This document shows positions 17,601-26,426 of a DNA stretch of 64,000 bases, piece by piece (positions within the stretch are counted from its first letter, which is position 1; each line of letters begins with the position of its first letter). Below the pieces are notes generated by a model. The model had not been told where the DNA came from, searched no databases, and saw only the letters and a list, made by a program, of their open reading frames with translations. Origin of the DNA: Fibrobacter sp. (GTDB lineage Bacteria > Fibrobacterota > Fibrobacteria > Fibrobacterales > Fibrobacteraceae); NCBI GenBank assembly GCA_017649565.1, contig JAGCGO010000067.1, positions 15,091-79,090 of the forward strand, read 5' to 3'. The position numbers and the translations under genes are program-made.

Positions 17601-17690
17601 GGGATGTGGAATTTCAGAAAATGGCGAATCCGAAGGGCATTAGAAAATAGGGAAAATTGCGCGGAAAAAGTCAAATAATTTACAAATGTA

Positions 17691-17719
17691 TTGACAAATG
17701 TGTGTACAGAAATTATATT
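17691..17719 (+). promoter_or_regulatory. Sigma70 promoter of the TA operon
   Basis: TTGACA-N17-TATATT; tandem ACAAATGT boxes overlap the -35 (possible operator). Confidence 0.7.
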
Positions 17720-17733
17720 AAGGGGTAGATTTC

Positions 17734-18003
17734 GTGGCTAGATGGAATTCTGAGAAAAATGAATTGTTGAAGGCAACGAGACATGTTTCCTTCGAACAAA
17801 TCGAAGAAATTATGCGGAACAAAGAGGTCCTGGATGATTACGAACATCCGAATCAGGAGAAGTATCCGGGGCAGAGGATTATGGTTGTCAGGATAGAAAG
17901 CTACTGTTATGTTGTTCCGTACAAGCCTGAACCTGATGGAGATATTTGGCTTAAGACTATTGTGCCGAGCAGAGTCGCGCAGAGAAAATATGGAGGTAAG
18001 TAA
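17734..18003 (+). CDS. BrnT-family ribonuclease toxin
   Basis: WNSEKNE.LK..R.VSFE, HPN.EKYP.Q, Y.YVVP, LKTI.PSR motifs. Confidence 0.85.
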   Translation: MARWNSEKNELLKATRHVSFEQIEEIMRNKEVLDDYEHPNQEKYPGQRIMVVRIESYCYVVPYKPEPDGDIWLKTIVPSRVAQRKYGGK

Positions 18004-18314
18004 TGTTGTCTTTTAAGGAACATGCGAAAAAATTCAATCTGGACGAAGAGGAACAAGAAATCCTTGCCGATTTCGAGGCGAACCATGCTGGCAAACCGCA
18101 GATTACCGAAGAACGCAAAAGGGAACTCGCGTCATTGGCTAATGCCTCCTATAAGTTTAGGGCCTCCGCAAGGAAACCCTATACGATTCGTCTGCACTCT
18201 GGAGCTGTCGATGTCATCAAGGCTTTCACGGACCGCTTTGGCGGGCACTACCAGACCCTTGTCGATGATGCCGTGATTGAACTCGCCGCAAAACTCAAGG
18301 CTGAGATGGTGTAG
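18003..18314 (+). CDS. Cognate antitoxin (BrnA/CopG-like C-terminal RHH)
   Basis: LDEEEQEIL..FE N-terminus; K..TIRL....G.HYQTL C-terminus; TAATG overlap with the toxin. Confidence 0.8.
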   Translation: MLSFKEHAKKFNLDEEEQEILADFEANHAGKPQITEERKRELASLANASYKFRASARKPYTIRLHSGAVDVIKAFTDRFGGHYQTLVDDAVIELAAKLKAEMV

Positions 18315-18329
18315 GGTAGGACTCTGTGC

Positions 18330-18364
18330 TAAAGTTCTCCGCTCATAAGGAGCCCCTTTAAGAC
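18330..18364 (-). CRISPR. Degenerate CRISPR-like repeat copy A
   Basis: TAAAGTTCTCCGCTCATAAGGAGCCCCTTTAAGAC; 23/28 identical to copy B over positions 8-35; GCTC-N5-GAGC stem kept. Confidence 0.6.
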
Positions 18365-18441
18365 CTACTTTCTGAATATACCTTTATTAATGCGGAATTA
18401 AACGCCAGTGTGTCTTATTTTGAAAAAATGATGCTGAAAAA
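18365..18441 (-). promoter_or_regulatory. Second copy of the leader-like sequence
   Basis: CTACTTTCTGAATATACCTT and GATGCTGAAAAA shared with 16136-16194. Confidence 0.6.
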
Positions 18442-18498
18442 TGCGACATTTTTTGCTTTTTTAGCCGTTTTTGGACGTTTTTTTGTCGAACGAGGCCC

Positions 18499-18516
18499 TT
18501 GGCATGGGTTTTGCAT
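18499..18516 (+). promoter_or_regulatory. Putative sigma54 (-24/-12) promoter of clpB
   Basis: TGGCAT-GGGTT-TTGCA matches TGGCAC-N5-TTGCA. Confidence 0.5.
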
Positions 18517-18549
18517 CTAGAAAGCGGTAAAAATAAAAAAGAGGCAACT

Positions 18550-21102
18550 ATGTCCGATTTCAACAACGATGCAGAAAAAGTCTTGGCCAAGGCGCAGAGC
18601 TTGCGCGACCGTTGCTCCCATTCGTACCTGGGAGCGGCACATTTAGCTGTGGGCCTTGTAGAAGGTCCGGATGCCACCCTGAAGAAACTTTATAAGTCCA
18701 AAGGCGCGAAGACCAACGAGCTCCGCGGCAAACTGGAACCGTTCGTGCAGAAGATTCCGCGTATGGAAGGCGTGAACCCCGACGTGGAACCTGATTCCGA
18801 CTTGAGTCGTATCTTGCGAGCCTCCGTGCAGGCGGCGCGTCAGGTGAATCGTATGGTGACCCCGGGCGATATGCTCGTGGCCCTTATGAAGTTTTCGGGC
18901 GACCGTGGCCTTGCGAAGGTGTTCGAAGATGCGCTGGGTTCCGTGGAAGTCGTGGAAACCTGGCTTTCGGACCCGTTTGCGGGTGCTGCCAACGCCGAAG
19001 AACAATCTCCCTTGAAACTCTACGGTCGTGAACTCGTGGAAATGGCCGCCGACGGAAAGCTTTCGCCGGTGATTGGCCGTGAAGAGGAAATCCGCCGTGT
19101 CATCTTGATCCTTAGCCGAAAGACGAAAAACAACCCGTGCCTGGTCGGTGAACCGGGCGTGGGCAAGACCGCTATTGTCGAAGGGCTCGCCGAGCGAATC
19201 TATCGCGGCGATGTGCCTGACGCTTTGAAGGGCAAGAAGTTGTTCGCGCTGGATTTGTCCGCCTTGATGGCGGGCGCCAAGTACCGTGGAGATTTCGAGG
19301 AACGTTTGAAAGCCGTGCTGGACGCTCTTGAAGAAGACGGCAACACGCTATTGTTTATCGATGAAATCCACACCATCGTGGGTGCGGGCAAGACCGAGGG
19401 CTCCATGGACTTGGGCAACATGCTCAAGCCGAAACTGGCCCGTGGTGAACTGCACTGCATCGGTGCGACGACCACGCAGGAATACCGTAAGTACATCGAG
19501 AAGGATTCCGCATTGGAACGCCGTTTCCAGCCTGTGCAGGTCGACGAACCCAGCGAAGAGGAATCGATTTCTATTCTGCGTGGCATCAAGGACGGCTTTG
19601 ACGCCCACCATGGCGTGCGTCTGCATGACAACGCGCTGGTAGCAGCGGTGAAACTTTCGAACCGCTACATCAGCGACCGTTTCTTGCCGGACAAGGCCAT
19701 CGACTTGATTGACGAAGCCGCAAGTTTGGTGAAGACGCAGATGGATACGGTGCCGGAAGCTTTGGATACCTTGCAGCGTAAGGAACTCCAGATGAAGATC
19801 GAGGAGCAGGCCTTGGCGAAGGAAACCGACGACAACAGCGTGAAGCGCCTGAAAGAACTCCGTGAGGAGTTGGCTTTGACGGATGCCGCCGTGAAGGCTA
19901 TGCAGGACCGTTGGCAGGAGAGGCGTGCGAAAAACGCCGAGTTGCAAGGCCTCAAGAAATCCTTGCAGCAGGCGAAGGACGAGATGGAGCAGGCCGAAGC
20001 CCGCTACGACTTGAACCGCGCTGCCGAACTCAAGTACAACAAGATCGTGAACCTGGAAAAGGAAATTGCCGCGAAGACAGAAGAAATCAAGAAGGCAGCC
20101 AATGATGGCGACTTGAGCGAAGAAGTGACGGAAGAGACCATCGCGCTTGTGGTGAGCCGTTGGACGGGAATTCCCGTGACCAAACTTTGCGAAGGCGAGA
20201 AGGCCAAATTGTTGCACCTGGACGAACGCCTGCATGCCCGCGTGATTGGCCAGGATGAAGCCGTGGAAGCGGTTTCCGAAGCGATTCTGCGTAACCGTAG
20301 CGGCCTGAGCCGTGAGAATGCGCCGATTGGCAGTTTCTTGTTCCTGGGCCCCACGGGTGTCGGCAAGACGGAGCTCGCCCGTGCGCTTTCGACCGAACTG
20401 TTCGACAGCGAAGCCGCTCTCGTGCGTATTGACATGAGCGAATACATGGAAAAGCATAGCGTGAGCCGCTTGATCGGTGCGCCTCCGGGATACGTGGGCT
20501 ACGAAGAAGGCGGCCAGCTGACCGAAGCCGTGCGTACGCATCCGTACTGCGTGATTCTGCTCGACGAAATAGAGAAGGCTCACCCCGACGTGTTCAACAC
20601 GCTGTTGCAGGTGCTTGACGACGGTCGACTGACCGATGGCAAGGGCCGTACGGTGAATTTCAAGAACACCTTGATCTTGATGACGTCGAACCTGGGTGCC
20701 GCCCACTTCCAGAACCGCGCGGGAGATGCAAAGCCCGTGACGCTCAAGGAAATCGAGCCGGAACTCCGCGGATTCTTCAGGCCGGAATTCCTGAACCGCT
20801 TGGACGAAGTGCTAGTGTTCCAGAGCCTCACGAAGCCGCAGATCAAGGACATCGTGAAACTTAAATTCAAGGGCCTCGCTGAACGCGCCGCCCGTCAGGA
20901 TTTGCAGCTCACGCTGACCGACAGAGCGCTGGATGCCATTGCCGATGGCGCTTACCAGCCGGAATTCGGTGCACGTCCGATTCAGCGTTATCTGGAACGG
21001 AACGTGGAACGCCCGCTGAGCCACGCCATCCTCGCTGGAGATGTGAGTGCGGCAAAGCCGGTAACCATCGACTACGATGGCGAGAAATTTGTGGTTGAGT
21101 AG
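18550..21102 (+). CDS. clpB: ClpB disaggregase
   Basis: Two AAA+ modules ([16 protein letters not shown]), coiled-coil M domain, [13 protein letters not shown]. Confidence 0.95.
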   Translation: MSDFNNDAEKVLAKAQSLRDRCSHSYLGAAHLAVGLVEGPDATLKKLYKSKGAKTNELRGKLEPFVQKIPRMEGVNPDVEPDSDLSRILRASVQAARQVNRMVTPGDMLVALMKFSGDRGLAKVFEDALGSVEVVETWLSDPFAGAANAEEQSPLKLYGRELVEMAADGKLSPVIGREEEIRRVILILSRKTKNNPCLVGEPGVGKTAIVEGLAERIYRGDVPDALKGKKLFALDLSALMAGAKYRGDFEERLKAVLDALEEDGNTLLFIDEIHTIVGAGKTEGSMDLGNMLKPKLARGELHCIGATTTQEYRKYIEKDSALERRFQPVQVDEPSEEESISILRGIKDGFDAHHGVRLHDNALVAAVKLSNRYISDRFLPDKAIDLIDEAASLVKTQMDTVPEALDTLQRKELQMKIEEQALAKETDDNSVKRLKELREELALTDAAVKAMQDRWQERRAKNAELQGLKKSLQQAKDEMEQAEARYDLNRAAELKYNKIVNLEKEIAAKTEEIKKAANDGDLSEEVTEETIALVVSRWTGIPVTKLCEGEKAKLLHLDERLHARVIGQDEAVEAVSEAILRNRSGLSRENAPIGSFLFLGPTGVGKTELARALSTELFDSEAALVRIDMSEYMEKHSVSRLIGAPPGYVGYEEGGQLTEAVRTHPYCVILLDEIEKAHPDVFNTLLQVLDDGRLTDGKGRTVNFKNTLILMTSNLGAAHFQNRAGDAKPVTLKEIEPELRGFFRPEFLNRLDEVLVFQSLTKPQIKDIVKLKFKGLAERAARQDLQLTLTDRALDAIADGAYQPEFGARPIQRYLERNVERPLSHAILAGDVSAAKPVTIDYDGEKFVVE

Positions 21103-21162
21103 TAGGAAGTAGACAGTAGGAAGTAGACAGTGACTTCCTACTTCCTACTTCTAACTTCCTAC
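21101..21162. repeat. Inverted heptamer array (AGTAGGA/AGTAGAC vs ACTTCCT) between convergent genes
   Basis: Seen directly; the two arms are complementary and could act as a bidirectional terminator. Confidence 0.75.
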
Positions 21163-21861
21163 TTATAAAGCTGTCATTACGTAAAGGCCGATTCCTTTGC
21201 GGTCGTTGTTCTTTTCTTGCATGACGCCGATGTCAAAGTCAAGGCGAATCCTGGTTCCTCCGAACGTGAATTCGAATTTGGGCAAGATGTCGATCATGAA
21301 GTCGTCGCGAAGGTGCCCGGCACTTCCTGACGTGTTGACCTCGACCATGCAACGCAATAACCGGCCGAAAATGAGTGTCGGTGTCATTCCCATTGCAAAC
21401 TTTACGATGCCTCCGTCACCTGTAACTCCGTCAAGGAAACCGGTGCGGACTTCGTAGTAGTTCAAGAAATTTTTGGAGATGACCTGGTCGGAACCGAGCG
21501 TGAGTACAATGGCACTGCCGTTGTTCCTGTTTAGGCCGAAGTAGCCATCGATCTCGAAGAAGCTGGCTGAGTTGAACCTGAAGCGGCCGCCGACATCGAG
21601 CGAGGCTTGCATGTGGTCCATCTTGTCGTACGTCTGGACGTTGACTTTGGTGCCGACGTCGAAGTTCTTTGTCAGACCGCTTGTGAGATTGATCGGAAAA
21701 AGGACGTTGGGGTCGTAGTCCGAACGCATGCCGAATCCAAAGCCCAGTTTAGGCGATGGCCTGCTATCGGGTCCGAATGTATAGCGCATGTCCCAGATGT
21801 TGTCGAGGGCAAATACATTTGTGGCCAGAATGATGAATAGGGCTGTAAGGACTTTTCTCAT
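21163..21861 (-). CDS. Exported, probable outer-membrane beta-barrel protein
   Basis: Signal peptide (VFA cleavage), Gly/aromatic beta-strand pattern. Confidence 0.65.
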   Translation of the reverse strand: MRKVLTALFIILATNVFALDNIWDMRYTFGPDSRPSPKLGFGFGMRSDYDPNVLFPINLTSGLTKNFDVGTKVNVQTYDKMDHMQASLDVGGRFRFNSASFFEIDGYFGLNRNNGSAIVLTLGSDQVISKNFLNYYEVRTGFLDGVTGDGGIVKFAMGMTPTLIFGRLLRCMVEVNTSGSAGHLRDDFMIDILPKFEFTFGGTRIRLDFDIGVMQEKNNDRKGIGLYVMTAL

Positions 21862-21905
21862 ACGCCTAAAAGTTAGCTAAATTTATCGCGTAAATTGAGG
21901 TAAAC

Positions 21906-22994
21906 ATGATTGAACCGCGTCCAGAACTTTCAAAATTGTCTGATTACGTTCCCGGAAAATCCATCGAGGAAATCCGCGAACGCTATGGCCTGAACCGCAT
22001 TGTCAAGCTTGCGTCCAACGAGAATCCGCTGGGCGCGTCCCCGAAAGCGGTCGAGGCGTTCCATCAGATCGCGGACAGCCTGCACCTCTACCCGCGTGGC
22101 GATGCCCCGAAGCTGATTGACTCCATTGCGCAAAAATTTGGAGTGAAGACTTCGCAGATTATCATCGGTAATGGCTCCGACGAGATTATCGACATGATAG
22201 GCAAGGCTTTTATCCGCCAGGGCGACAACTGCGTGGGCATTACGCCGACATTCTCCGTGTACAAGTTTACGACGCTCTCGAACGGTGCCGACTTTATCGG
22301 CGTGGGCGAGGGCGAACAGAAGGCTTCGCTTGAGGACCTCGCAAAGGCGATAAATGCAAAGACACGCGTGGCCTTTATCTGCAACCCGAACAACCCGACG
22401 GGCGCCTACTACAGCGAAACCGAAATCCGCGATTTCTTGAAGAAGGTCCCGCAGGATGTGCTTGTCTTTTTGGACGAGGCGTATTCGGAATTTGCGACGG
22501 CTGACGACTATCCGCAATTGGCCGGGTTGCTCAACGAATATCCGAACCTCTTCATCAACCGCACGTTCAGCAAGATTTATGGACTGGCGGGGCTTAGAAT
22601 CGGTTACGCCATGTCGAGCGAAAATGTGATCAAGGCGATGTGGAAAATCAAGCCGCCTTTCGACGTGAACCAGGCTGCGCAGGTGGCCGCCATTGCGGCC
22701 CTCGGCGACGAGGAACACGTCCAGAATACGCGCAAGATGAATGCTGATGGCGTGACGGTGCTGACGGATGCTTTTGAATCTTACGGCTTCAAGGTGCTCC
22801 CGACGCAGGCGAACTTTATTTGCGTGCGCATTGGCGAACGTGCGAAGGACATGGTTGCCTTCCTGGAAAGCAATGGTATGATTATCCGCGGGCTCACGAG
22901 CTTCGGCATGCCCGAACATGTGCGCATCACGGTCGGTAAGCCCGAAGAGAACGCTTTCTTGCTGGAACTTGTGAAGAAGTGGCTGGAGGCGTAA
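21906..22994 (+). CDS. hisC: Histidinol-phosphate aminotransferase
   Basis: KLASNENP, GNGSDE, NPNNPTG, DEAY, RTFSKIYGLAGLRIGY. Confidence 0.95.
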   Translation: MIEPRPELSKLSDYVPGKSIEEIRERYGLNRIVKLASNENPLGASPKAVEAFHQIADSLHLYPRGDAPKLIDSIAQKFGVKTSQIIIGNGSDEIIDMIGKAFIRQGDNCVGITPTFSVYKFTTLSNGADFIGVGEGEQKASLEDLAKAINAKTRVAFICNPNNPTGAYYSETEIRDFLKKVPQDVLVFLDEAYSEFATADDYPQLAGLLNEYPNLFINRTFSKIYGLAGLRIGYAMSSENVIKAMWKIKPPFDVNQAAQVAAIAALGDEEHVQNTRKMNADGVTVLTDAFESYGFKVLPTQANFICVRIGERAKDMVAFLESNGMIIRGLTSFGMPEHVRITVGKPEENAFLLELVKKWLEA

Positions 22995-22995
22995 C

Positions 22996-23802
22996 ATGGC
23001 CGACAACACTGAATTGCTACAAATCGCGCTCAAGACGGCGGAACTTGCACAGGCGAATATCCTCAAGTATTTCCAGAACGACGTGGGCGTGGAATGGAAG
23101 GCCGACAATACGCCGGTGACGATTGCCGACAAGGGCACCGAAGAGATTGCCCGCGAATTCTGGGCCAAGGAGACTCCGGGTTTCGGCGTTATCGGCGAAG
23201 AATTCGGAATCGAGAGCCCCGATGCGGAATACCAGTGGGTTATTGATCCGATTGACGGTACGAAATCGTTTATCCATGGCGTTCCGCTGTTCGGCACCTT
23301 GATCGCACTTTACAGGAAGAACGTTCCCGTGTGTTCTGTCATCCGCATCCCGGCGATGAATACGGCCGTGTGGGCGGTGAACGGTGGCGGCGCATTCTTG
23401 GACGGTCGTCCGGTGCGCTGCTCGAAGGTTGAAAAGATTGAAAATGCGCTTGTGCTTTCGGGCACGGTGAATACGATGGAAGACAAGGGCTTTGGCGAAG
23501 GCTTTACGAAGCTCCGCCGCAGCGCTCGCCTGCATCGCGGTTGGGGCGACTGCTACGGTTATTACCTGGTGGCGGCGGGCCGCGCCGAAATCATGGTGGA
23601 CCCGATTGTTTCCCTGTGGGATATCGCTCCGTTCCCGCTGCTGTTCAAGGAAGCGGGTGGCAAGTTCAGCACCATCGACGGCAAGACCGACCTGTTCGAT
23701 GCCGACGGCAAGCCCACGGCCCCGATTTACGAGGGCTTCACGGCAGTTGCCACGAACGGCCTTTTGCACGATGTCGCGCTGAAGTCGCTCGCTGGAAAGT
23801 AG
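22996..23802 (+). CDS. hisN: Histidinol-phosphatase (inositol monophosphatase family)
   Basis: K.D.TPVT.AD, GEEFG, WVIDPIDGTKSF, GDCYGY, WD motifs; follows hisC. Confidence 0.88.
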   Translation: MADNTELLQIALKTAELAQANILKYFQNDVGVEWKADNTPVTIADKGTEEIAREFWAKETPGFGVIGEEFGIESPDAEYQWVIDPIDGTKSFIHGVPLFGTLIALYRKNVPVCSVIRIPAMNTAVWAVNGGGAFLDGRPVRCSKVEKIENALVLSGTVNTMEDKGFGEGFTKLRRSARLHRGWGDCYGYYLVAAGRAEIMVDPIVSLWDIAPFPLLFKEAGGKFSTIDGKTDLFDADGKPTAPIYEGFTAVATNGLLHDVALKSLAGK

Positions 23803-23816
23803 TTTCTCTAAATAGC

Positions 23817-26345
23817 CTACCTGAGCATAGTCTGGACGATGGTGGTGTCCTCGGAAAACGTGACCGAGATGCTGCCTTGTTCCGCCGTGTTCAGGTAGGG
23901 AATGCCGATGGAGTCCAGTCGCCGTACGACTTCCTTGCTCGGGTGATGGAAACGGTTGTTTTTTCCGCTCGAGATGAGCGCGAGTTTCGGTTGTACCCGG
24001 TCCAAAAATAGTTTGCTGGAAGATGTCTTGGAACCGTGATGTCCCAGTTTCAGGACATCGCTTTTCAGGAACGCCTGCGTATTCATGATCTGTTTTTCTC
24101 CTGCAATAGTCAGGTCGCCCGTGAGTATGGCGGAATGCGATGCGCCCTTCACGCGCAGCGTGATGCTTTCTGTGTTTGCGTCCCGGCACTTGATGGCGTG
24201 GGGGTGGAGGGCGAGAATCTCGAAATGGGCCTCGCTCCAGGTGAAGCCGCGGTGGATGTCGCGGATGGGAATGCCCCGGCCCAGTGCATCGCCGATGATG
24301 TTCTGCCATGCAGTTTTTTCTTCGGTCCGGGCACATTCGCTTATCCAAAGTTCCTTGACGGGGAAAGTCTTGATGATGGATGCCGCGCCGCCGAAGTGGT
24401 CGGCGTCCCCATGCGTGACGATGAGGGCGTCGAGTTGCAGTACTCCGATGTGGTGCAAGAAAGGGACGATGATGTCCTTGCCGGAATCGCGTTTCCCGAC
24501 TTCTCCGGCATCTACGAGGAAGTGCTTGCCCGACGGTGATGTCAGGAGGATGCTGTCGCCCTGGCCTACATCGATGAGCGTCATGTTCCACGAGGGGTGC
24601 ATTGCCTTGACATAGCTGTCGTGACAGAATAGTCCGGCGAACAGGGCGAGGCATGTGAGACAATAGATTCTGGCGACTCGGTTTTTACGGACCACGGGGA
24701 TGGCAGTCAGGGCGAACCCGATGAGTAGCAGGATGCCCGGGCTGAACGGCCCGATGGTAATCGAAGCGACGGGAGAGTCCGAGATGAGTCGCGTGAGCAA
24801 GCTGGACAGACGCAGAAAGAACTTGGCTGCGTAGCAGAAGTTTTCGCGGAGGAAGTCGATGGGCGAAACGAGGGCGAAGAGTCCGGCTTGCATTCCCCAC
24901 GAGATTCCGGGGACGACCAGGATGTTGCCGAGCCACGCGAACGGGGATAGCGTCTTGAAATGGTGGACGAGGAACGGCGAGGTGGAAAGGGTTGCGCAGA
25001 GGGTGACGTACGTGGGGTCGATAGCGAATGCCCGGAGCGTGGCCCAGAGCTTGCTCTTTTTCAGAGACTCCGGGAAGTTGGCGAACGGGTTGAGCGGGCT
25101 TCCGATAAGGATGCCCGCGGTGGCCGCGACAGAGAGCTGGAAGCCGGGATTCCAGAGGATGCCCGGCTCGGGGAGCAGGATGATGATGAGGGCGACCCCG
25201 AGGCTGTTCATCGTGTTGGCGGGGCGCTGGAACAGCGCGCCGATTTGCGGAACGGAGAACATGAGGACGGCGCGGCGTACGGCGGGGGAACCGCCCGTGA
25301 CGGGAATGTAGAGGAAGAGCAGTGCGACGGCGATGATCCGTACGGCGCGCAGGGGGAGCCCGGTCGCCTTGAGGAATATCATGAGGATGCCTGCGAGAAG
25401 AACGACGTGGAAACCGCTGATGGCGAGTACGTGGACGAGTCCGGACCGCTGGAAATCGTTGCGGAGGGCTTCGGGAATGCCGCTCCGGTCGCCTGCGAGG
25501 AGGCCCAGCAGGAGTCCGGTCTCGGCCGGGTCGAGGTAGTCGGCAAAGCGTGCCTGTATCCACTTGCGGAAATTGGCGAAGGTGCGCTCGGGAGTCCAGC
25601 GGCTGCCGACAATCCGGTAATCCTTGAATCGTCCGTAGGCGGCGAACCCCTGGCTCTTGAGCCAGCCGTGGGTGTCGAATGCTCCCGGCACCCGCGCGGG
25701 CGACACCGGGTACCACGACGCCGTGTAACACAGGGAGTCGCCTGCATTCAGTATTGCATTCTGCGTCGCGACAAGTCTTGCGTCCGGCATTGATTTCAGT
25801 GCCTTGTCTGTCGTTGCTTTCAACTCGCTTGTCACGGTGTACCGTTGTGCTCCCGTTTCCGTGTCGTTTACGAATACCATGGGTTCTTGTCTTGCAGTCT
25901 GGACTTTCCTTGCCTTTGGGCGGCCCTGCATCTTGCGCTCTGCAATCCTGACGCGGTAAGATATATCTCCGTTCATTGTCTCTACGATGTAGGCATTTCC
26001 CTTGGCTCTACGAATAACCGATTCTACGCGCCCGCAGGCATTTTCGGGTGGAACCTGTAGACCAGGCTCGTAAGGGGAACGCTTTGTTGGCAAGGGGAAA
26101 TATTGCCATGTAGGGTTGTGCGCGAAGTCATAGCTCAAAATGCCCGCGGCAAGGCTCAGGAATACAACCCACTGCCTTGAGCGCGGGAAAAAATGGTTCG
26201 CTACCGCCAGCGTGAGCAAAAGCGCCGGGGCATATGCAGGAAAGTCAAAACTCGCATATGTTCCCATGAGGACGAGCGCGCTAGCAAGTGCTGGCTTGCC
26301 TACGATGGGCGCAAGCAGATCGATGAATGCTTTTTTTGCGGACAT
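23817..26345 (-). CDS. comEC: ComEC/Rec2 competence protein
   Basis: GLVHVLAISGFH, GFQLS, DVGQGD, THGDADHFGG, LTGD, HHGS. Confidence 0.92.
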   Translation of the reverse strand: MSAKKAFIDLLAPIVGKPALASALVLMGTYASFDFPAYAPALLLTLAVANHFFPRSRQWVVFLSLAAGILSYDFAHNPTWQYFPLPTKRSPYEPGLQVPPENACGRVESVIRRAKGNAYIVETMNGDISYRVRIAERKMQGRPKARKVQTARQEPMVFVNDTETGAQRYTVTSELKATTDKALKSMPDARLVATQNAILNAGDSLCYTASWYPVSPARVPGAFDTHGWLKSQGFAAYGRFKDYRIVGSRWTPERTFANFRKWIQARFADYLDPAETGLLLGLLAGDRSGIPEALRNDFQRSGLVHVLAISGFHVVLLAGILMIFLKATGLPLRAVRIIAVALLFLYIPVTGGSPAVRRAVLMFSVPQIGALFQRPANTMNSLGVALIIILLPEPGILWNPGFQLSVAATAGILIGSPLNPFANFPESLKKSKLWATLRAFAIDPTYVTLCATLSTSPFLVHHFKTLSPFAWLGNILVVPGISWGMQAGLFALVSPIDFLRENFCYAAKFFLRLSSLLTRLISDSPVASITIGPFSPGILLLIGFALTAIPVVRKNRVARIYCLTCLALFAGLFCHDSYVKAMHPSWNMTLIDVGQGDSILLTSPSGKHFLVDAGEVGKRDSGKDIIVPFLHHIGVLQLDALIVTHGDADHFGGAASIIKTFPVKELWISECARTEEKTAWQNIIGDALGRGIPIRDIHRGFTWSEAHFEILALHPHAIKCRDANTESITLRVKGASHSAILTGDLTIAGEKQIMNTQAFLKSDVLKLGHHGSKTSSSKLFLDRVQPKLALISSGKNNRFHHPSKEVVRRLDSIGIPYLNTAEQGSISVTFSEDTTIVQTMLR

Positions 26346-26426
26346 AAGTGCATCCTGATTTTTTTAGAACTTTTTTTTTCAATTTTTTTTGTACATTGGG
26401 GGTTAAACCATTCTTATAGACGTTCG

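Noticed and set aside
18321-18333. CIRCE half-site (GTGCTAA) upstream of clpB
   Set aside because: No matching TTAGCAC arm at the 9-nt spacing
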